Origin: Methanobacteriaceae archaeon
GTDB taxonomy: Archaea; Methanobacteriota; Methanobacteria; Methanobacteriales; Methanobacteriaceae
Direction of reading: 5' to 3'
Assembly: GCA_003558085.1 (NCBI GenBank)
Contig: PWMT01000168.1
Span: 1-55,567 of the forward strand
DNA length: 55,567 nt
Shown: positions 32,676 through 46,499 of the stretch, in pieces
Layout of the letters: every line of letters starts with the position of its first letter
Numbering within the stretch: position 1 is the first letter of the stretch
Notes under the pieces: model-generated
Database searches by the model: none
What the model saw: the letters and a program-made list of their open reading frames with translations, nothing else
What the model was told of the DNA's origin: nothing
Made by a program: the position numbers and the translations under genes

Positions 32676-33743
32676 TTAAAATAATTTCCAGCACAATTCT
32701 TCAGTTTTAACTCTTATATCCTCTATGGTAAATCCATTTAAGGCCGCCATTAACATTGCACCGCCAGCCCCAACTCCCTCTTTAACTGATCCATTTAAAT
32801 AATTTTTTAAACCCTCATGATGGGATAATTGAAAAAAAGGATCCATGGCAAATATGGGTATATCATCTATCTGTTTAATAATATGGTTAATATCTGAGGT
32901 CTCATCTTCAGCCACGAAGATAGTGGTGGCAATAGCCATATTGGAAAAATCATAATCATTATTCATAGCCTTTAAAAATGCGCATATAGCAGTCATTTGC
33001 GTTCCACCAGCAAGAGTAACAGGTAAATCGCTCCCCCTTATTATACCAGCTACTGCGGGTATCATAGGATCTCCGACCGCTGAGACAGCTTTAAAAGGAT
33101 TTAATTCTTTTTTATTGAATATTCCTGCAGCTTTTAAACCTTCACTAACCACTTCTTTTTTTAAATTATGGGGATTAACTGGAATACTACCACTAACCTT
33201 AAAATCAGCATCATAACCTAGCGCTGTTAGAACTCCTAAGGCAGTTGTGGTTCCAGCAGGAGTGCTCTCACCAATCATCAAATGATCGGTGATCTTAGAT
33301 AATGTTTTACCTAATATACGGCCATTATCAAATATTTTTTGAGGATTAGCAATTGCCTTTCCAGTTCTGATATCCCCTCCAGCTTTGGGGTTAATACTTA
33401 TGTAGGGTAAATTTGGTTTGATTGAAGAACCTGCATCAGCTACCATAAAGGGTGTCTGGGTAAGTTCCAAGCCAGCTTTAGTAATTACTGCTGGTGTAGG
33501 GGTAGATTCTCCTTCCACAATAGTTTGCGGAATTTCTTCCATACATAGAGATTTATCATGTACTATGAGTTCCACATCAGCAGCAGGAGTGTATTGTGTA
33601 AGTTCAGGAGATGCACCTGCTCCGGTTATTCCTGGTATAAGAGAAGTGGCAGTGGTAGCTATGGTGCATAAAAAAAGTGTGTTGTGATTTGAAATTTGAG
33701 ACAAATATTGATCGTTTCCATATACTGTTAATCCATCAAACAT
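32676..33743 (-). CDS. cobT: Archaeal nicotinate-nucleotide--dimethylbenzimidazole phosphoribosyltransferase
   Basis: PGITGAG, PTPAVIT, GESTPAGTTTALGVL, LAGGTQM and VKEGVGAGG. Confidence 0.88.
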   Translation of the reverse strand: MFDGLTVYGNDQYLSQISNHNTLFLCTIATTATSLIPGITGAGASPELTQYTPAADVELIVHDKSLCMEEIPQTIVEGESTPTPAVITKAGLELTQTPFMVADAGSSIKPNLPYISINPKAGGDIRTGKAIANPQKIFDNGRILGKTLSKITDHLMIGESTPAGTTTALGVLTALGYDADFKVSGSIPVNPHNLKKEVVSEGLKAAGIFNKKELNPFKAVSAVGDPMIPAVAGIIRGSDLPVTLAGGTQMTAICAFLKAMNNDYDFSNMAIATTIFVAEDETSDINHIIKQIDDIPIFAMDPFFQLSHHEGLKNYLNGSVKEGVGAGGAMLMAALNGFTIEDIRVKTEELCWKLF

Positions 33744-33971
33744 GAGCTCACCTGAGATAATTAATAATATTTGCATATAATTAATCCATAAGAACTAATA
33801 ATAAACATCACATAAATTAGTTGTTAAGGAGTAATATATGCTTTTTGGATGGAAAATCTGTTTAAAGATTTATTACTTATTAAAATGATTTCCAGTGATT
33901 AATATTCTTAAAACAATAATAATTGAATTTTGATACAATTATTTTTAGCTAATTATTACTCAAGATGAAAG

Positions 33972-33994
33972 AGAGAGGTATATTTCCACTGAAA
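33972..33994 (-). promoter_or_regulatory. Isolated ORB-like box in the cobT/kae1 divergent intergenic region
   Basis: Minus strand TTTCAGTGGAAATATACCTCTCT, 19/23 identical to the origin box at 46633-46655. Confidence 0.5.
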
Positions 33995-34115
33995 ATAAAT
34001 GATGAGAATGGTGCAGACCAAGTAAATATAAAAAAATAAATAATGAACATGATATTGTTAGTTGCAATATCTATAAGTATAAAATAGATTGGGAATGATT
34101 TTAAAGGTTTGATAA

Positions 34116-35765
<1,650 letters not shown>

Positions 35766-35901
35766 AAAATAAAATCATGGGACTATTTAATTTCTATTAA
35801 AGTCTATTTAGTTTTCAGTTATTAATTACAAATTATTTAGGGAGATTGATTTAGACTTAGTTCTTAGATATTATTTACATAATGTTAAGAGAGGGAGCTT
35901 A

Positions 35902-36462
35902 ATGAGGATAACATTTATAACTGGTAACCAACACCAATTAGAAGAAGCAGAAAAAATCTTCCAGAAATTTGGAATAGAACTGAAACATTTGAATTTAGGT
36001 TATCCTGAAATTCAAGGAACTCTAGAGGAAGTGGCTAAGTTCGGCGCGAAATATGCTGCTGATAATTTAAATAAAGCGGTTATAGTGGAAGATGCAGGAC
36101 TGTTTATAAAAGCTTTAAACTGGTTTCCAGGACCATATTCTGCGTATGTGCAGAGTACTATAGGTAATGAAGGTATATTAAAACTCATGGAATATGTTGA
36201 AGACCGATATGCTGAATTCAGGTCGGTGGTTGGGTACTGCGCCCCCAATGCCGAGCCCGAGATTTTTTTAGGCTTGGTTGAAGGACATATTTCTAAAGAA
36301 GAGAAAGGAAACTTAGGTTTTGCATTTGATCCTATATTTTATCCGCATAAATCTAATAAAACTTTTGGAGAACTAACTATAATTGAAAAAAATTTAATTT
36401 CACATAGAAAACGTTCTCTAGAAAATTTTGCACACTGGTATCAAAAAAAGGCAAGGTTTTAA
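35902..36462 (+). CDS. rdgB: XTP/dITP diphosphatase (Ham1/RdgB family)
   Basis: [29 protein letters not shown] and KNLISHR. Confidence 0.95.
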   Translation: MRITFITGNQHQLEEAEKIFQKFGIELKHLNLGYPEIQGTLEEVAKFGAKYAADNLNKAVIVEDAGLFIKALNWFPGPYSAYVQSTIGNEGILKLMEYVEDRYAEFRSVVGYCAPNAEPEIFLGLVEGHISKEEKGNLGFAFDPIFYPHKSNKTFGELTIIEKNLISHRKRSLENFAHWYQKKARF

Positions 36463-36512
36463 GCTTCTTATTAAACTTTTTAAAAAATTATGTATTAATA
36501 GAGGTGATTTAG

Positions 36513-36914
36513 ATGACTAATAATCCTGATTGGGTTGAATATTCTACTGAAGAAATTGAAGAATTGATATTAAAACTATACAAAGAAGGAAATTCTGCCA
36601 GCATGATTGGAATAATTCTTAGGGATCAGTATGGTATTCCTAATATAAAACTAGTTACTGGTAAAAAAATAACCAAAATTTTAGAAGAACATGGGCAAAA
36701 GGAAGAATATCCAGAAGATATTATGAATCTTATTAAAAAAGCAGTTAATATTCGGGAACATTTAATAGAAAATCCGAAGGATCTGCATACCAAACGCGGA
36801 TTGCAAATAACAGAATCTCAAATTAGGCGTCTAGGTAAGTATTATGTAAAAGAAGGTGTTTTACCTGAAGAATGGAGATATGAGCCAGCAAAAGCAGCTC
36901 TCCTTATTAAATAA
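36513..36914 (+). CDS. rps15: 30S ribosomal protein S15 (uS15/S13e)
   Basis: [35 protein letters not shown] and IRRLGKYY. Confidence 0.97.
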   Translation: MTNNPDWVEYSTEEIEELILKLYKEGNSASMIGIILRDQYGIPNIKLVTGKKITKILEEHGQKEEYPEDIMNLIKKAVNIREHLIENPKDLHTKRGLQITESQIRRLGKYYVKEGVLPEEWRYEPAKAALLIK

Positions 36915-38235
36915 GGCTGATGAAGCTTGTAAAGTTTTAAAAAAGCACTTAAACCAGGGAAATATTGTTAGAATAATCTCCCATAATGATGCAGACGGCC
37001 TTTCTGCAGCGGGAATTGTAGCCAACGCCATCACCCAGGAAGGAGGGCAATTCCATCTTACCATCGTGCCTAGGCTAAAACATAAATTTATTCAGAAATT
37101 AGCGCAAGAAAAATACAAAATATATTTCTTTTGCGATATGGGGAGTGCGTATTTAGAACCTATTTCTATAATAAAAAAAGACGTGATTATAGCTGATCAT
37201 CACCGACCCATTGATTATCAAATAAGTAATAATATCAAACACGTAAATCCACATCTTTTTGGATTAAATGGTAGTAAAGAAATCAGCGCTTCTGGTGTGG
37301 CCTATTTAATAGTACGGTGTTTGGAAAAAAAATCATTAGTAGGATTAGCCTTATCTGGTGCATTTGGAGATATGCAATATTTCAATGGATTTTTAGGTCC
37401 CAATCAGATGATCTTAGAGGAAGGATTAAATGCAAACACCGTAGAAATCCATCAGGATTTGAAAATTGTCTCTAAAAACGAAGAACCTCTGTATAAATCT
37501 ATAGCCTATACATTTAATCCCATTCTTCCTGGATTGAGTGGTAGTTTGGAAGATTCCATGGCGTTTTTAGAGAAAATAGGGATATCCTATGGAATAAAAT
37601 TTTCAGATTTAGGAAATGAAGAAAAGGATATCTTAAAAGATGAATTAATTAAAATAAATCCTGAAATATTTGGTGATGTATATTCTAATCCTAAAGAAAG
37701 ACCTTCCCTTAAAAATATAGAAGATTTATCTGACATATTGGATGCTTGTGGAAAAAATAAAAAATATGGTCTGGCTATAGGGATTTGTCTGGGAGAAAAA
37801 AGTAATGCATTAGAAGTAGCCTTTGATCTACAGCGAAAGTATCGCGAAAATCTAATTAAGGGATTAAACTGGATAAAAAAAGAGGGATCCCAAGTTTTAG
37901 AAAATATCCAATATATTTATACTGAGGATAAGCTTCGTAAAAGTATGTTAGGAAGCCTATCCAGCATATCCTTATCCTTGGAAATTTTAGAGCCTCAAAA
38001 ACCGTTATTAGCTTTAGCTCGTATGGATAATCAGGTCAAAGTTTCTGCTAGAACCACTATGAACATGATCAACCAAGGAGTGGATTTGGGAAAATCTCTT
38101 AAAGATGCCTCCCAAAGTTGTGGGGGTACTGGTGGTGGTCATGATATTGCTGCTGGAGCCATGATTCCCTATAAAGAAATGGACAATTTCATGTCTTTAG
38201 TAGACGAAATTACCAGTTATCAACTGGAAAAGTAA
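36880..38235 (+). CDS. DHH/DHHA1 phosphoesterase (RecJ-like)
   Basis: SHNDADG, CDMGS, ADHH, SAR and [13 protein letters not shown] at 36880 overlaps the end of rps15. Confidence 0.9.
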   Translation: MSQQKQLSLLNKADEACKVLKKHLNQGNIVRIISHNDADGLSAAGIVANAITQEGGQFHLTIVPRLKHKFIQKLAQEKYKIYFFCDMGSAYLEPISIIKKDVIIADHHRPIDYQISNNIKHVNPHLFGLNGSKEISASGVAYLIVRCLEKKSLVGLALSGAFGDMQYFNGFLGPNQMILEEGLNANTVEIHQDLKIVSKNEEPLYKSIAYTFNPILPGLSGSLEDSMAFLEKIGISYGIKFSDLGNEEKDILKDELIKINPEIFGDVYSNPKERPSLKNIEDLSDILDACGKNKKYGLAIGICLGEKSNALEVAFDLQRKYRENLIKGLNWIKKEGSQVLENIQYIYTEDKLRKSMLGSLSSISLSLEILEPQKPLLALARMDNQVKVSARTTMNMINQGVDLGKSLKDASQSCGGTGGGHDIAAGAMIPYKEMDNFMSLVDEITSYQLEK

Positions 38236-38331
38236 ATATTACGTTTATTTTTCCTAATATAGTATCAGTGGATATTAAAAAAAAATAGAACCTACTTTAT
38301 AGAAAATTATAAATTATATTAAGGGATTTAA

Positions 38332-39519
38332 ATGCACCTTACTCGTCAAGAAGAAAAGATGTGCCAAGGAGAATATGGTGAATCCATAAGAAAAAGTATG
38401 GAAATTATAGTGGCCCTAGGAGATATATATCAGGCCCAGGGCTTAGTGAATATCACATCTGCTCAAGTATCAGGAGTATCCTATAAAACCATTGGGGATG
38501 CAGGTCTAGAGTACTTAGAAGAGATAGCATCAGATAGTAAGGCTAAAACAAGAGTACCTTCCACTTTAAATCCAGCGGGGATTGACCTAGAAAATTGGGA
38601 AAAATTAGGTTTTTCTGCAGAATTTAGCCACCATCAACAACGTATTGTAGAAGCTTATGGAAAAATGGATGTGATGACTACTTGTACCTGCACTCCTTAT
38701 CTTATTGGTAATGTACCCCTGAAAGGTTCTCATATTGCTTGGTCTGAATCTTCTGCAGTGGCTTATGCAAATTCAATATTAGGTGCTAGAACCAATCGAG
38801 AAGGAGGTCCAAGCGCGCTTGCTGCTGCTATATGTGGGAAAACAGCATGTTATGGTTATCATTTATCTCAAAATCGTCTAACTGACTTAATAGTTGAAGT
38901 AGATTGTGATTTGAAAGGAATTGATTACGATTCTTTAGGATATTTAGTAGGTAAAACTGTAAAAGAAGGACGACCCTATTTTAAATTAAAAAATCGTCCT
39001 ATTAGTGATAATTTGAAGGGATTAGGCGCTGCTTTAGCTTCTTCTGGCGCTGTTGCTCTGTATCATATAGAGAGGATAACTCCAGAATATCAGGATGCTG
39101 CTCCTGAGGAAGCAGAAGATAAATTAATAATAGATCGGGAAGAATTAGATTCAGTTAAAAAAGAATTATCTACCACTACTGATACGCCAGATTTGATCTG
39201 TCTTGGCTGTCCTCATGCTTCTTTAGAAGAGATCAGGTATGTGGCTGAAATTCTAGAAAATAAAACGCTAAAAAATGATCTTTGGCTCTGTACTTCTATT
39301 AATATGAAGCATGCTGCAGCTCGAATGGGATATACACAAACAATCGAAGAAGCAGGAGGTAAGCTAGTTTTTGATACTTGTATGGTGGTAGCACCGATAG
39401 AAGAATTAGATTACAAAGTTATCGGGGTAAACTCTGCAAAAGCCGCTAATTATGTACCTAATCTATGTGGGTTAGAAGTAGTATATGATGATTTACCATC
39501 TTTATTAAATTTAAAATAA
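38332..39519 (+). CDS. Aconitase X catalytic subunit (probable phosphomevalonate dehydratase large subunit)
   Basis: [41 protein letters not shown] and NSAKAANY. Confidence 0.88.
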   Translation: MHLTRQEEKMCQGEYGESIRKSMEIIVALGDIYQAQGLVNITSAQVSGVSYKTIGDAGLEYLEEIASDSKAKTRVPSTLNPAGIDLENWEKLGFSAEFSHHQQRIVEAYGKMDVMTTCTCTPYLIGNVPLKGSHIAWSESSAVAYANSILGARTNREGGPSALAAAICGKTACYGYHLSQNRLTDLIVEVDCDLKGIDYDSLGYLVGKTVKEGRPYFKLKNRPISDNLKGLGAALASSGAVALYHIERITPEYQDAAPEEAEDKLIIDREELDSVKKELSTTTDTPDLICLGCPHASLEEIRYVAEILENKTLKNDLWLCTSINMKHAAARMGYTQTIEEAGGKLVFDTCMVVAPIEELDYKVIGVNSAKAANYVPNLCGLEVVYDDLPSLLNLK

Positions 39520-39535
39520 AAAAGTATTGTAAGTT

Positions 39536-40744
39536 CTAAATTTCTTCTTGGAGTAAATCCACTTCTAAAAACTTATCCCCTACAATCTTAATAGCCATTC
39601 CTCCAATAGGTGTGGTAACTAATATGGCCAATACAGATATGGCTAAAATTATTTCACCTGAAGGTATACCAGCCAGCAAGGGTAAGGGTCCAATAGCAGC
39701 AGGCACTATGGCCTTAGGCATGTAAGATACCATGCAAAAAATTTTTTCTTTAAGATTAATGGGAGTGCCCATTAAAGAAATATAGACTCCTAAGCTACGA
39801 GCAATTAAACCCAAAGATATAATTAAGATACCTACCAATCCTGCTTGAATGGAAAGTTCAATATCAACCTGAGCTCCTAACATTACAAATAACAATATTT
39901 CTGCTAGTAACCATAATTTGGAATATTTTTGGGATAATCTATAACCTAAATTAGGATTATTATCTACCAAAATAAAGCCAATTAACATAACTCCTACTAA
40001 GGCAGCCAGTGGTATAATACCCTGCAATAAGTCGCCTATTCCATTAAAAACTATGGCAAAAGCCAGTATTAATAATAATTTTTCCGAATCATTAAATTTC
40101 CAATGTTTAAAAATTTTTAAAACAATTATACCAATAATTAAACCACCAGCAGCACCCAATATTAAAGATAAAGGTATTTCCAAGATCTGTAAGATTAGAT
40201 TAACATCTCCTCTTAAATAGGTGCTGAAAAATGCGGAAAATATGGTAATGGCTACTACGTCATTAATGCCTGATCCTGCCATTAAAAGAGTAGGTATTCC
40301 TCTTTTGATTCCTTTTTTTTGTTCTATAAAAGAAAGCATTTCCGGTACTAAAATAGCTGGTGCTGGTGCTGCAAGAATAAAACCTAACATACCTGCTTCT
40401 AAAAAAGTAATTCCTAATATCTGCTGTGAAATAAAAAGAATAGCTATACCTTCTATGATACATGGTATGACACTCATAGTTAAAGCAGGTTTTCCCACCC
40501 TGCGTAAAGTATCACGTTGAAGACCTAGCCCTGCCCTTAAAAGAATTATGATTAATGCTATTATTCTAACATCTGCTGATAAATCTAAAAAACTTGAACT
40601 TATTACATTAAAACCATAGGGACCCAATATCATTCCTAAAATCAATAAACCTAAAACACTAGGTACACCTACTTTTACAAAAAACTTGTTAAAGATTATT
40701 CCTAAAATTATAATTAATGCTAGGGTTAATGCTATTATTTCCAT
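39536..40744 (-). CDS. Cation:proton antiporter (CPA family)
   Basis: About 12 hydrophobic helices, with IILLRAGL, GINDV and PKA motifs. Confidence 0.88.
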   Translation of the reverse strand: MEIIALTLALIIILGIIFNKFFVKVGVPSVLGLLILGMILGPYGFNVISSSFLDLSADVRIIALIIILLRAGLGLQRDTLRRVGKPALTMSVIPCIIEGIAILFISQQILGITFLEAGMLGFILAAPAPAILVPEMLSFIEQKKGIKRGIPTLLMAGSGINDVVAITIFSAFFSTYLRGDVNLILQILEIPLSLILGAAGGLIIGIIVLKIFKHWKFNDSEKLLLILAFAIVFNGIGDLLQGIIPLAALVGVMLIGFILVDNNPNLGYRLSQKYSKLWLLAEILLFVMLGAQVDIELSIQAGLVGILIISLGLIARSLGVYISLMGTPINLKEKIFCMVSYMPKAIVPAAIGPLPLLAGIPSGEIILAISVLAILVTTPIGGMAIKIVGDKFLEVDLLQEEI

Positions 40745-41013
40745 GATATCATTAGGTTTTTGTAGTTTTTTATTAAATTAAGTTATTTTATATAGTAATT
40801 TGTGATTTGCTATGCATATATTTAAGATAAGAGATAGATATAAAAAAACTTAACCACTTTTAAGAATAGGCTTAATAATTAAAGTAGGAAAAAAGAGTTA
40901 TTTTTAAATTAATTTAAAAGGATACGGGCCACTATCTTCTCTTAATTTAATTTTTAGGCATATAAATTATTCAGGATCAACTTATTAATATAGGTTCCTA
41001 AAAATATAAAATC

Positions 41014-43287
41014 ATGGAAAAATTCATTGAACATCCGTTGATCAAATCAAAAAAAATCGAATCTCGACTTTATCAGCAATTATTAGCAGCTGATGTTTTA
41101 AAAAAAGGTAATTCTATTATTGTTGCTCCCACTGCATTGGGAAAAACTATTGTCGGTGTTCTAGTAGCTGCCGAACGATTATTTAAATATAAAGGTTCTA
41201 AAGTTTTAATTCTGGCCCCTAGCAAACCACTGGTTATTCAACATGAGGAAAGTTTCAGAAATTTTCTAAAAGTTAGTTCTACTTCCATTACAGGATCTAT
41301 CAAGCCTGAAGATAGAAGAAAAAGATGGGAGGAAGCACAAGTTGTATGTGCCACCCCACAAACTATTGAATCTGATCTACTCAATAAACGTTATTCTTTA
41401 AAACATGTTTCACTTATGATTATAGATGAATGCCACCGAGGGGTTGGTTCATATGCTTATGTTTATCTAGCCCAAAAATATCTTCAGGGAACAAGCAATC
41501 CGTTAATACTCGGTCTCACTGCTTCTCCTGGATCAGATAAAGAAAAAATTAAAATGGTATGTGAAAATTTATTCATAAAAGAAGTAATGATTAAAAGTGA
41601 AGAAGATTTGGATGTAGTTCCCTATTTTAATCCTGTAGAAATAGAATGGGTAAAGGTGGATTTAGGAAAAGAAATGAAAAATATAAAAAAGCATTTAAAT
41701 AAATCCTTAAAACACCGCCTTAAATTACTTAAAAGTATGAAAGTAATTCCTACCATTTCAGTAAGTAAAAAAGATTTACTAATTGCAAGGAATAAGGTAC
41801 AAAACCATATTTCTCAAACTAGCAAACCTCCGCAAGAATGTTTTAAAACTATTTCTCTTTTAGCTGCTTCTTTAAATATTCATCACGCCCTGGAATTGTT
41901 AGAAACTCAAGGAATTAGTACCTTAAATGAATATTTTGCACGTCTACGGAAAAAAAATACAAAAGCTGCTAAAGGACTCTTGCTTGACGCTGATTTTGGA
42001 CTAGCTATGAAATTAACCCGTAAATCACTTAAAAAAGGCCTCGAGCATCCAAAATTAGATAAATTAATTCATATTATCCATAGGGAATTAAAAAAAGGTA
42101 AAAATCGCATTATTGTTTTTACCCAATATCGAGATACACTGGAAATGATTTATAGAAGCTGTGTAAAAGAAAATATAAATGCAGTCAAGTTTTTTGGACA
42201 AGGAAGTCGTAATGGAAAAAAAGGCCTTACTCAAAAAGAGCAGAAAAATATCATCAAAGGATTCCGTAAGGGAATATATGATGTTTTATTATCAACCAGT
42301 GTAGCAGAGGAAGGTATTGATATACCGGCAGTAGATCTGGTGCTAATGTATGAACCTGTGCCCTCTGAAATAAGAATGATTCAGCGTCGAGGTCGCACCG
42401 GTCGAAAAGAAAGTGGGAAAATGATGGTGCTGATAACTAAAGAAACACGAGATGAAGCTTATTACTGGTCAAGCGTACATAAAGAACGTAAGATGCAGGA
42501 AGAATTGGGTAAAACAGCCGTTTTAGAAAATTTAGAATTAACAGGCAAAAATAGGGTTTTGATGAACGATGATGCTACTTTAAACTCTTTTAAAGAAAAT
42601 CTAAAAGGAAAAAAAGATAGGCCCTTGATATATGCCGACTCTCGTGAAATTAGTTCCAAAGTATTGCGAGAATTGGATAAATTGAATGTTGAAGTGATAA
42701 TCAAACCTTTGGCTGTGGCTGATTATCAAGTTAGTGCAGATGTAGCCTTAGAGCGAAAAACTGCTTCGGATTTTGTTAGTTCTATTATTGACCAACGCTT
42801 GAATAAACAAGCAAAAGAAATGGTAGAAGAATTTGATAAGCCAATTTTAATATTGGAAGGTGATAATTTATACACCGGATTCATAAGTCCCAATGCAATT
42901 AGAGGAGCTTTATCATCTATAGCAGTAGACTTCCAAATTCCTATCATACCGACTAAGTCTCCAGAAGATACAGCAGCTTTAATTAGAAGAATTGCTATTA
43001 GAGAACAGATGCATGAAAGGCCAGAAATACAGGTTAGAACTGATAAAAAGCCATTAACTTTATGGCAGCAGCAGCTTTATGTAGTGGAGTCTTTACCCGG
43101 TGTCGGACCAGTTAACGCTCGTAAATTAATGGAAGAATTTGGTTCAGTAAAAGAAATCTTCACAGCATCGGAAGATGATCTACAAAAAGTTGAGGGTATT
43201 GGAAAACAGATCGCTAGAAACATGAAAAGAGTGGTTGACACCAAATTTAAAAAAATAAATAAAGATTTAGAACAAAGTTTAATCTAA
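41014..43287 (+). CDS. hef: Hef helicase/nuclease (FANCM-like helicase, ERCC4 nuclease, HhH)
   Basis: APTALGKT, DECH, TASPG and QRRGRTGR, followed by DSRE, ERKT..DF and HhH repeats. Confidence 0.95.
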   Translation: MEKFIEHPLIKSKKIESRLYQQLLAADVLKKGNSIIVAPTALGKTIVGVLVAAERLFKYKGSKVLILAPSKPLVIQHEESFRNFLKVSSTSITGSIKPEDRRKRWEEAQVVCATPQTIESDLLNKRYSLKHVSLMIIDECHRGVGSYAYVYLAQKYLQGTSNPLILGLTASPGSDKEKIKMVCENLFIKEVMIKSEEDLDVVPYFNPVEIEWVKVDLGKEMKNIKKHLNKSLKHRLKLLKSMKVIPTISVSKKDLLIARNKVQNHISQTSKPPQECFKTISLLAASLNIHHALELLETQGISTLNEYFARLRKKNTKAAKGLLLDADFGLAMKLTRKSLKKGLEHPKLDKLIHIIHRELKKGKNRIIVFTQYRDTLEMIYRSCVKENINAVKFFGQGSRNGKKGLTQKEQKNIIKGFRKGIYDVLLSTSVAEEGIDIPAVDLVLMYEPVPSEIRMIQRRGRTGRKESGKMMVLITKETRDEAYYWSSVHKERKMQEELGKTAVLENLELTGKNRVLMNDDATLNSFKENLKGKKDRPLIYADSREISSKVLRELDKLNVEVIIKPLAVADYQVSADVALERKTASDFVSSIIDQRLNKQAKEMVEEFDKPILILEGDNLYTGFISPNAIRGALSSIAVDFQIPIIPTKSPEDTAALIRRIAIREQMHERPEIQVRTDKKPLTLWQQQLYVVESLPGVGPVNARKLMEEFGSVKEIFTASEDDLQKVEGIGKQIARNMKRVVDTKFKKINKDLEQSLI

Positions 43288-43330
43288 AAAATAACTATCA
43301 ATTTAATCCATCCTAATTAAAGGTGATATA

Positions 43331-44062
43331 TTGTTAATTTTGATTGACCAACGGGAAAAGAAGTATCTAGTTAACGAAGATCAAGATTTTCATAGTGATC
43401 TAGGGATTATTAAAAAAGAAGTTCTAAATGAAGCTAAACCAGGCAGCATACTATTAAGTCATTTATCTAAAGAATTCAAGGTTATAGAACCTGATGTAAA
43501 TGATTTTATTGAAATAATGGAGCGAAGATGTTCTATATTACTGCCTAAGGACATAGGGATTGTTATTTCATATACTGGCTTGGGATGTGGAGATAGTGTA
43601 GTAGATGCCGGTACAGGGGCAGGGGCTATGGCCTTACATTTTTCTAATATAGTAGGTAATACAGGAAAAATATATTCTTATGAAATACGTGAAGATTTCG
43701 CAACCATTGCCCAAAAAAATTTGGAACAGTTTGGAATAAGTAACATAGAAATAAAAAACCAGGATGTTAAAGAAGGAATTCAAGAATCCCATCTAGATCT
43801 GGTTTTTCTAGATCTGCCAAAACCCTGGGAAGTAGCTCAACAAGCTTTTGAAGCTTTAAAAATAGGGGGTTGGTTAGTTGTTTATGCACCCTATATTGAT
43901 CAAGTTCAGATTCTAAATAAAACATGCAAAAAAACAGGTTTTAAATATTTTAATTGTTTAGAATGTATTTTAAGAGAAATTGAAGTAAAATCAAAGGGTA
44001 CTCGTCCCAAAACTAGAATGTTAGGACATACTGGATATCTAGTATTTTGCCGTAAATTATAA
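43331..44062 (+). CDS. trmI: tRNA (adenine-N1)-methyltransferase
   Basis: LPKDIG, DAGTGAGA, YEIREDF, FLDLPKPW and GHTGYL. Confidence 0.93.
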   Translation: MLILIDQREKKYLVNEDQDFHSDLGIIKKEVLNEAKPGSILLSHLSKEFKVIEPDVNDFIEIMERRCSILLPKDIGIVISYTGLGCGDSVVDAGTGAGAMALHFSNIVGNTGKIYSYEIREDFATIAQKNLEQFGISNIEIKNQDVKEGIQESHLDLVFLDLPKPWEVAQQAFEALKIGGWLVVYAPYIDQVQILNKTCKKTGFKYFNCLECILREIEVKSKGTRPKTRMLGHTGYLVFCRKL

Positions 44063-44155
44063 ATTAATATAGGATTGAGCCTAGACTACTATCATGACTT
44101 ATATTAGTAATAAAATGAAATCAGCTGTCTAGAAAATTTTTTAAGGAGTATCAAA

Positions 44156-45079
44156 ATGACATTTCCCCTAAAAAATATAATTTCTATAAAAGATTTCTCT
44201 AAGCAGGATATAAACCTAATTTTAAAATTAGCAGAAAACTTAGAACCTGTAGCAAGATCAAAGCAACAATCAGACAGTCTAACTGGAAAAATTTTAGGTA
44301 TGATGTTTTATGAGCCTTCCACTAGAACCAGATTATCATTTGAAACAGCTATGAAACGATTGAATGGTGGAGTAATTGGCTTTGCAGAGACTGGTGCTAG
44401 TTCAGTAACTAAAGGAGAAAATCTTGCAGATACAGCTAGAACCATTGCAGAATATGCTGATGCTTTAGTAATTAGGCATGATCTGGAAGGCGCAGCCCGT
44501 TATATATCTGACATGGTTAGTGTTCCAGTGATTAACGCCGGAGACGGGGCAGGACAACATCCCACTCAAACTCTTCTAGATTTATATACTATGAAAAGAA
44601 TTTTAGGTAAAATTAAAGGATTACAAGTTGCTTTAATCGGAGATCTAAAATACGGAAGAACAGTACATTCTCTATCCTATGCCTTAGCTATGTATGGTGT
44701 AAAAATGAGTTTTGTATCCCCCAAGGAACTAAAAATGCCTCGCGGTGTTTTACATGATTTAAAAAGAGATGGGGTAGTTGCTCAAGAAACAGCAGATATT
44801 AATGAAGTTTTAGATGATGCTGATGTTCTCTATGTCACTAGGATACAAAAAGAGCGTTTCCCAGATCCAGAAGAATATTCAAAAATTAAAGGTGCTTACA
44901 GAATCGATTCTGATTTAATCAAAGGAAAGGAATTAATTGTAATGCATCCCTTACCTAAAATGGATGAAATTGCCCAGGAAGTAGATAATACTCCCTATGG
45001 TAAATATTTTGAACAAGCTTTTTATGGAGTACCAGTTAGAATGGCAATTTTAAAGACCTTAATAAAGTCTTTTAGTTAA
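44156..45079 (+). CDS. pyrB: Aspartate carbamoyltransferase catalytic subunit
   Basis: [29 protein letters not shown] and MHPLP. Confidence 0.97.
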   Translation: MTFPLKNIISIKDFSKQDINLILKLAENLEPVARSKQQSDSLTGKILGMMFYEPSTRTRLSFETAMKRLNGGVIGFAETGASSVTKGENLADTARTIAEYADALVIRHDLEGAARYISDMVSVPVINAGDGAGQHPTQTLLDLYTMKRILGKIKGLQVALIGDLKYGRTVHSLSYALAMYGVKMSFVSPKELKMPRGVLHDLKRDGVVAQETADINEVLDDADVLYVTRIQKERFPDPEEYSKIKGAYRIDSDLIKGKELIVMHPLPKMDEIAQEVDNTPYGKYFEQAFYGVPVRMAILKTLIKSFS

Positions 45080-45130
45080 TTATTTTTTTTATAGATATAT
45101 TAATTTAAAAATAGAATTTATTTTTATATT

Positions 45131-46288
45131 TTACATACCCCATATTGCGTCTTCCAAGAGGATAGTATCGCATTGGAGATCTATTATATTAGTCCTTCCC
45201 TTTGCCCGGCCTCTAGAAATAGTATTAGTAGAGATTAAACCTAACATTTCTAATTCATTAATGAAATCAAATATTCTTCTATACGAGACTGAATCTCCCC
45301 TTGATACATCTTTATATACTTCAAAAAGCCTTCCTGAAGTTATTTCTTCTTTTCTCTTAGTAAGATAAAGTATGGACTCTAACACTCTCTGCTGCTGACT
45401 AGGTAAAGTCATGATAATGTCAGTTATTTTATTGTGTTCAATATAATCTTTAGCCTCTCGAACATATTCTCCTCTTACAAGTTCGGATTCTTTTTCATCA
45501 GCGAGTTCTCCAGAGGTTCTTAAAAGATCAAGGGCATAACGAGCATCTCCTTCTTCTTTAGCAGCTAAAGCAGCACATAATGGTATTACATCATCACTTA
45601 ATGCTCCTTCTTTAAAGGATAATTTCGCGCGTTCATCCAATATGTCAACCAATTGTTGAGCGCCGTAGGGAGGGAAAACAATTTCCCTGTCTCTCAAACT
45701 ACTTTTAACCCGAGGTTTAATAAATTTTTTAAAATCGACATAATTACTTATAGATAAAATGGAAACATTATCGGTCCTGGTCAAAGTGTAGAGTATCCCG
45801 TCACCATCATTTCGCAATAGAATATCTATTTCATCAAGAATAACTATTAATAATAGATTCTTTCCAAAAGCATTCCTTTTAAATAAATTTCGGAAGGTAT
45901 TTATAACTTCTGCTTTAGTCCATCCCCGATAAGGGACATCTCTACCCATCTGTTGACATAAACGCGCTATAACTTGATATTCAGTAGTATAATCTGTACA
46001 TCTAATATATTCAGTTCTAATATTCAATTCATCCTTTTTTGATGCTTCTTTTAATTGTTTCATACCAAATTTTGCTACAGCAGTTTTTCCAGTCCCTGTT
46101 TTACCATATATAGTAATATCGGGAGGTGTTACATTATTTAAAGCTTCAATCCAGTATTTAGCAATTGATTTAATTTGTTCTTCCCTATGAGGTAGATTAT
46201 CCGGCAAAAATCGATGATCTAAAAATTTTTTATCCGTAAAAACAGTTTCTTTATCCCCTAATTCTTCGAATATATTCATAAAAACCAC
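45131..46288 (-). CDS. cdc6: Orc1/Cdc6 replication initiator
   Basis: [33 protein letters not shown] and a winged-helix end (ELEMLGLI...SRGR..GRT). Confidence 0.97.
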   Translation of the reverse strand: MVFMNIFEELGDKETVFTDKKFLDHRFLPDNLPHREEQIKSIAKYWIEALNNVTPPDITIYGKTGTGKTAVAKFGMKQLKEASKKDELNIRTEYIRCTDYTTEYQVIARLCQQMGRDVPYRGWTKAEVINTFRNLFKRNAFGKNLLLIVILDEIDILLRNDGDGILYTLTRTDNVSILSISNYVDFKKFIKPRVKSSLRDREIVFPPYGAQQLVDILDERAKLSFKEGALSDDVIPLCAALAAKEEGDARYALDLLRTSGELADEKESELVRGEYVREAKDYIEHNKITDIIMTLPSQQQRVLESILYLTKRKEEITSGRLFEVYKDVSRGDSVSYRRIFDFINELEMLGLISTNTISRGRAKGRTNIIDLQCDTILLEDAIWGM

Positions 46289-46499
46289 TCAAATCAATTG
46301 TAACAACTAAAACATTAACGTTAGAAAACCCCTATAATCTAACGATAATCTTTAAGGCAAATTAATCAGCCAAATATTTAAAAAATATCTTAAAAACTTA
46401 AGATATGATTGAAACTAAACTGGACTTAGATGGATCTAAAAACAATCAAAAGCATTGTTTTTTATCCATTAAGTCACGGAAAAACATATTTTTTTAAGT

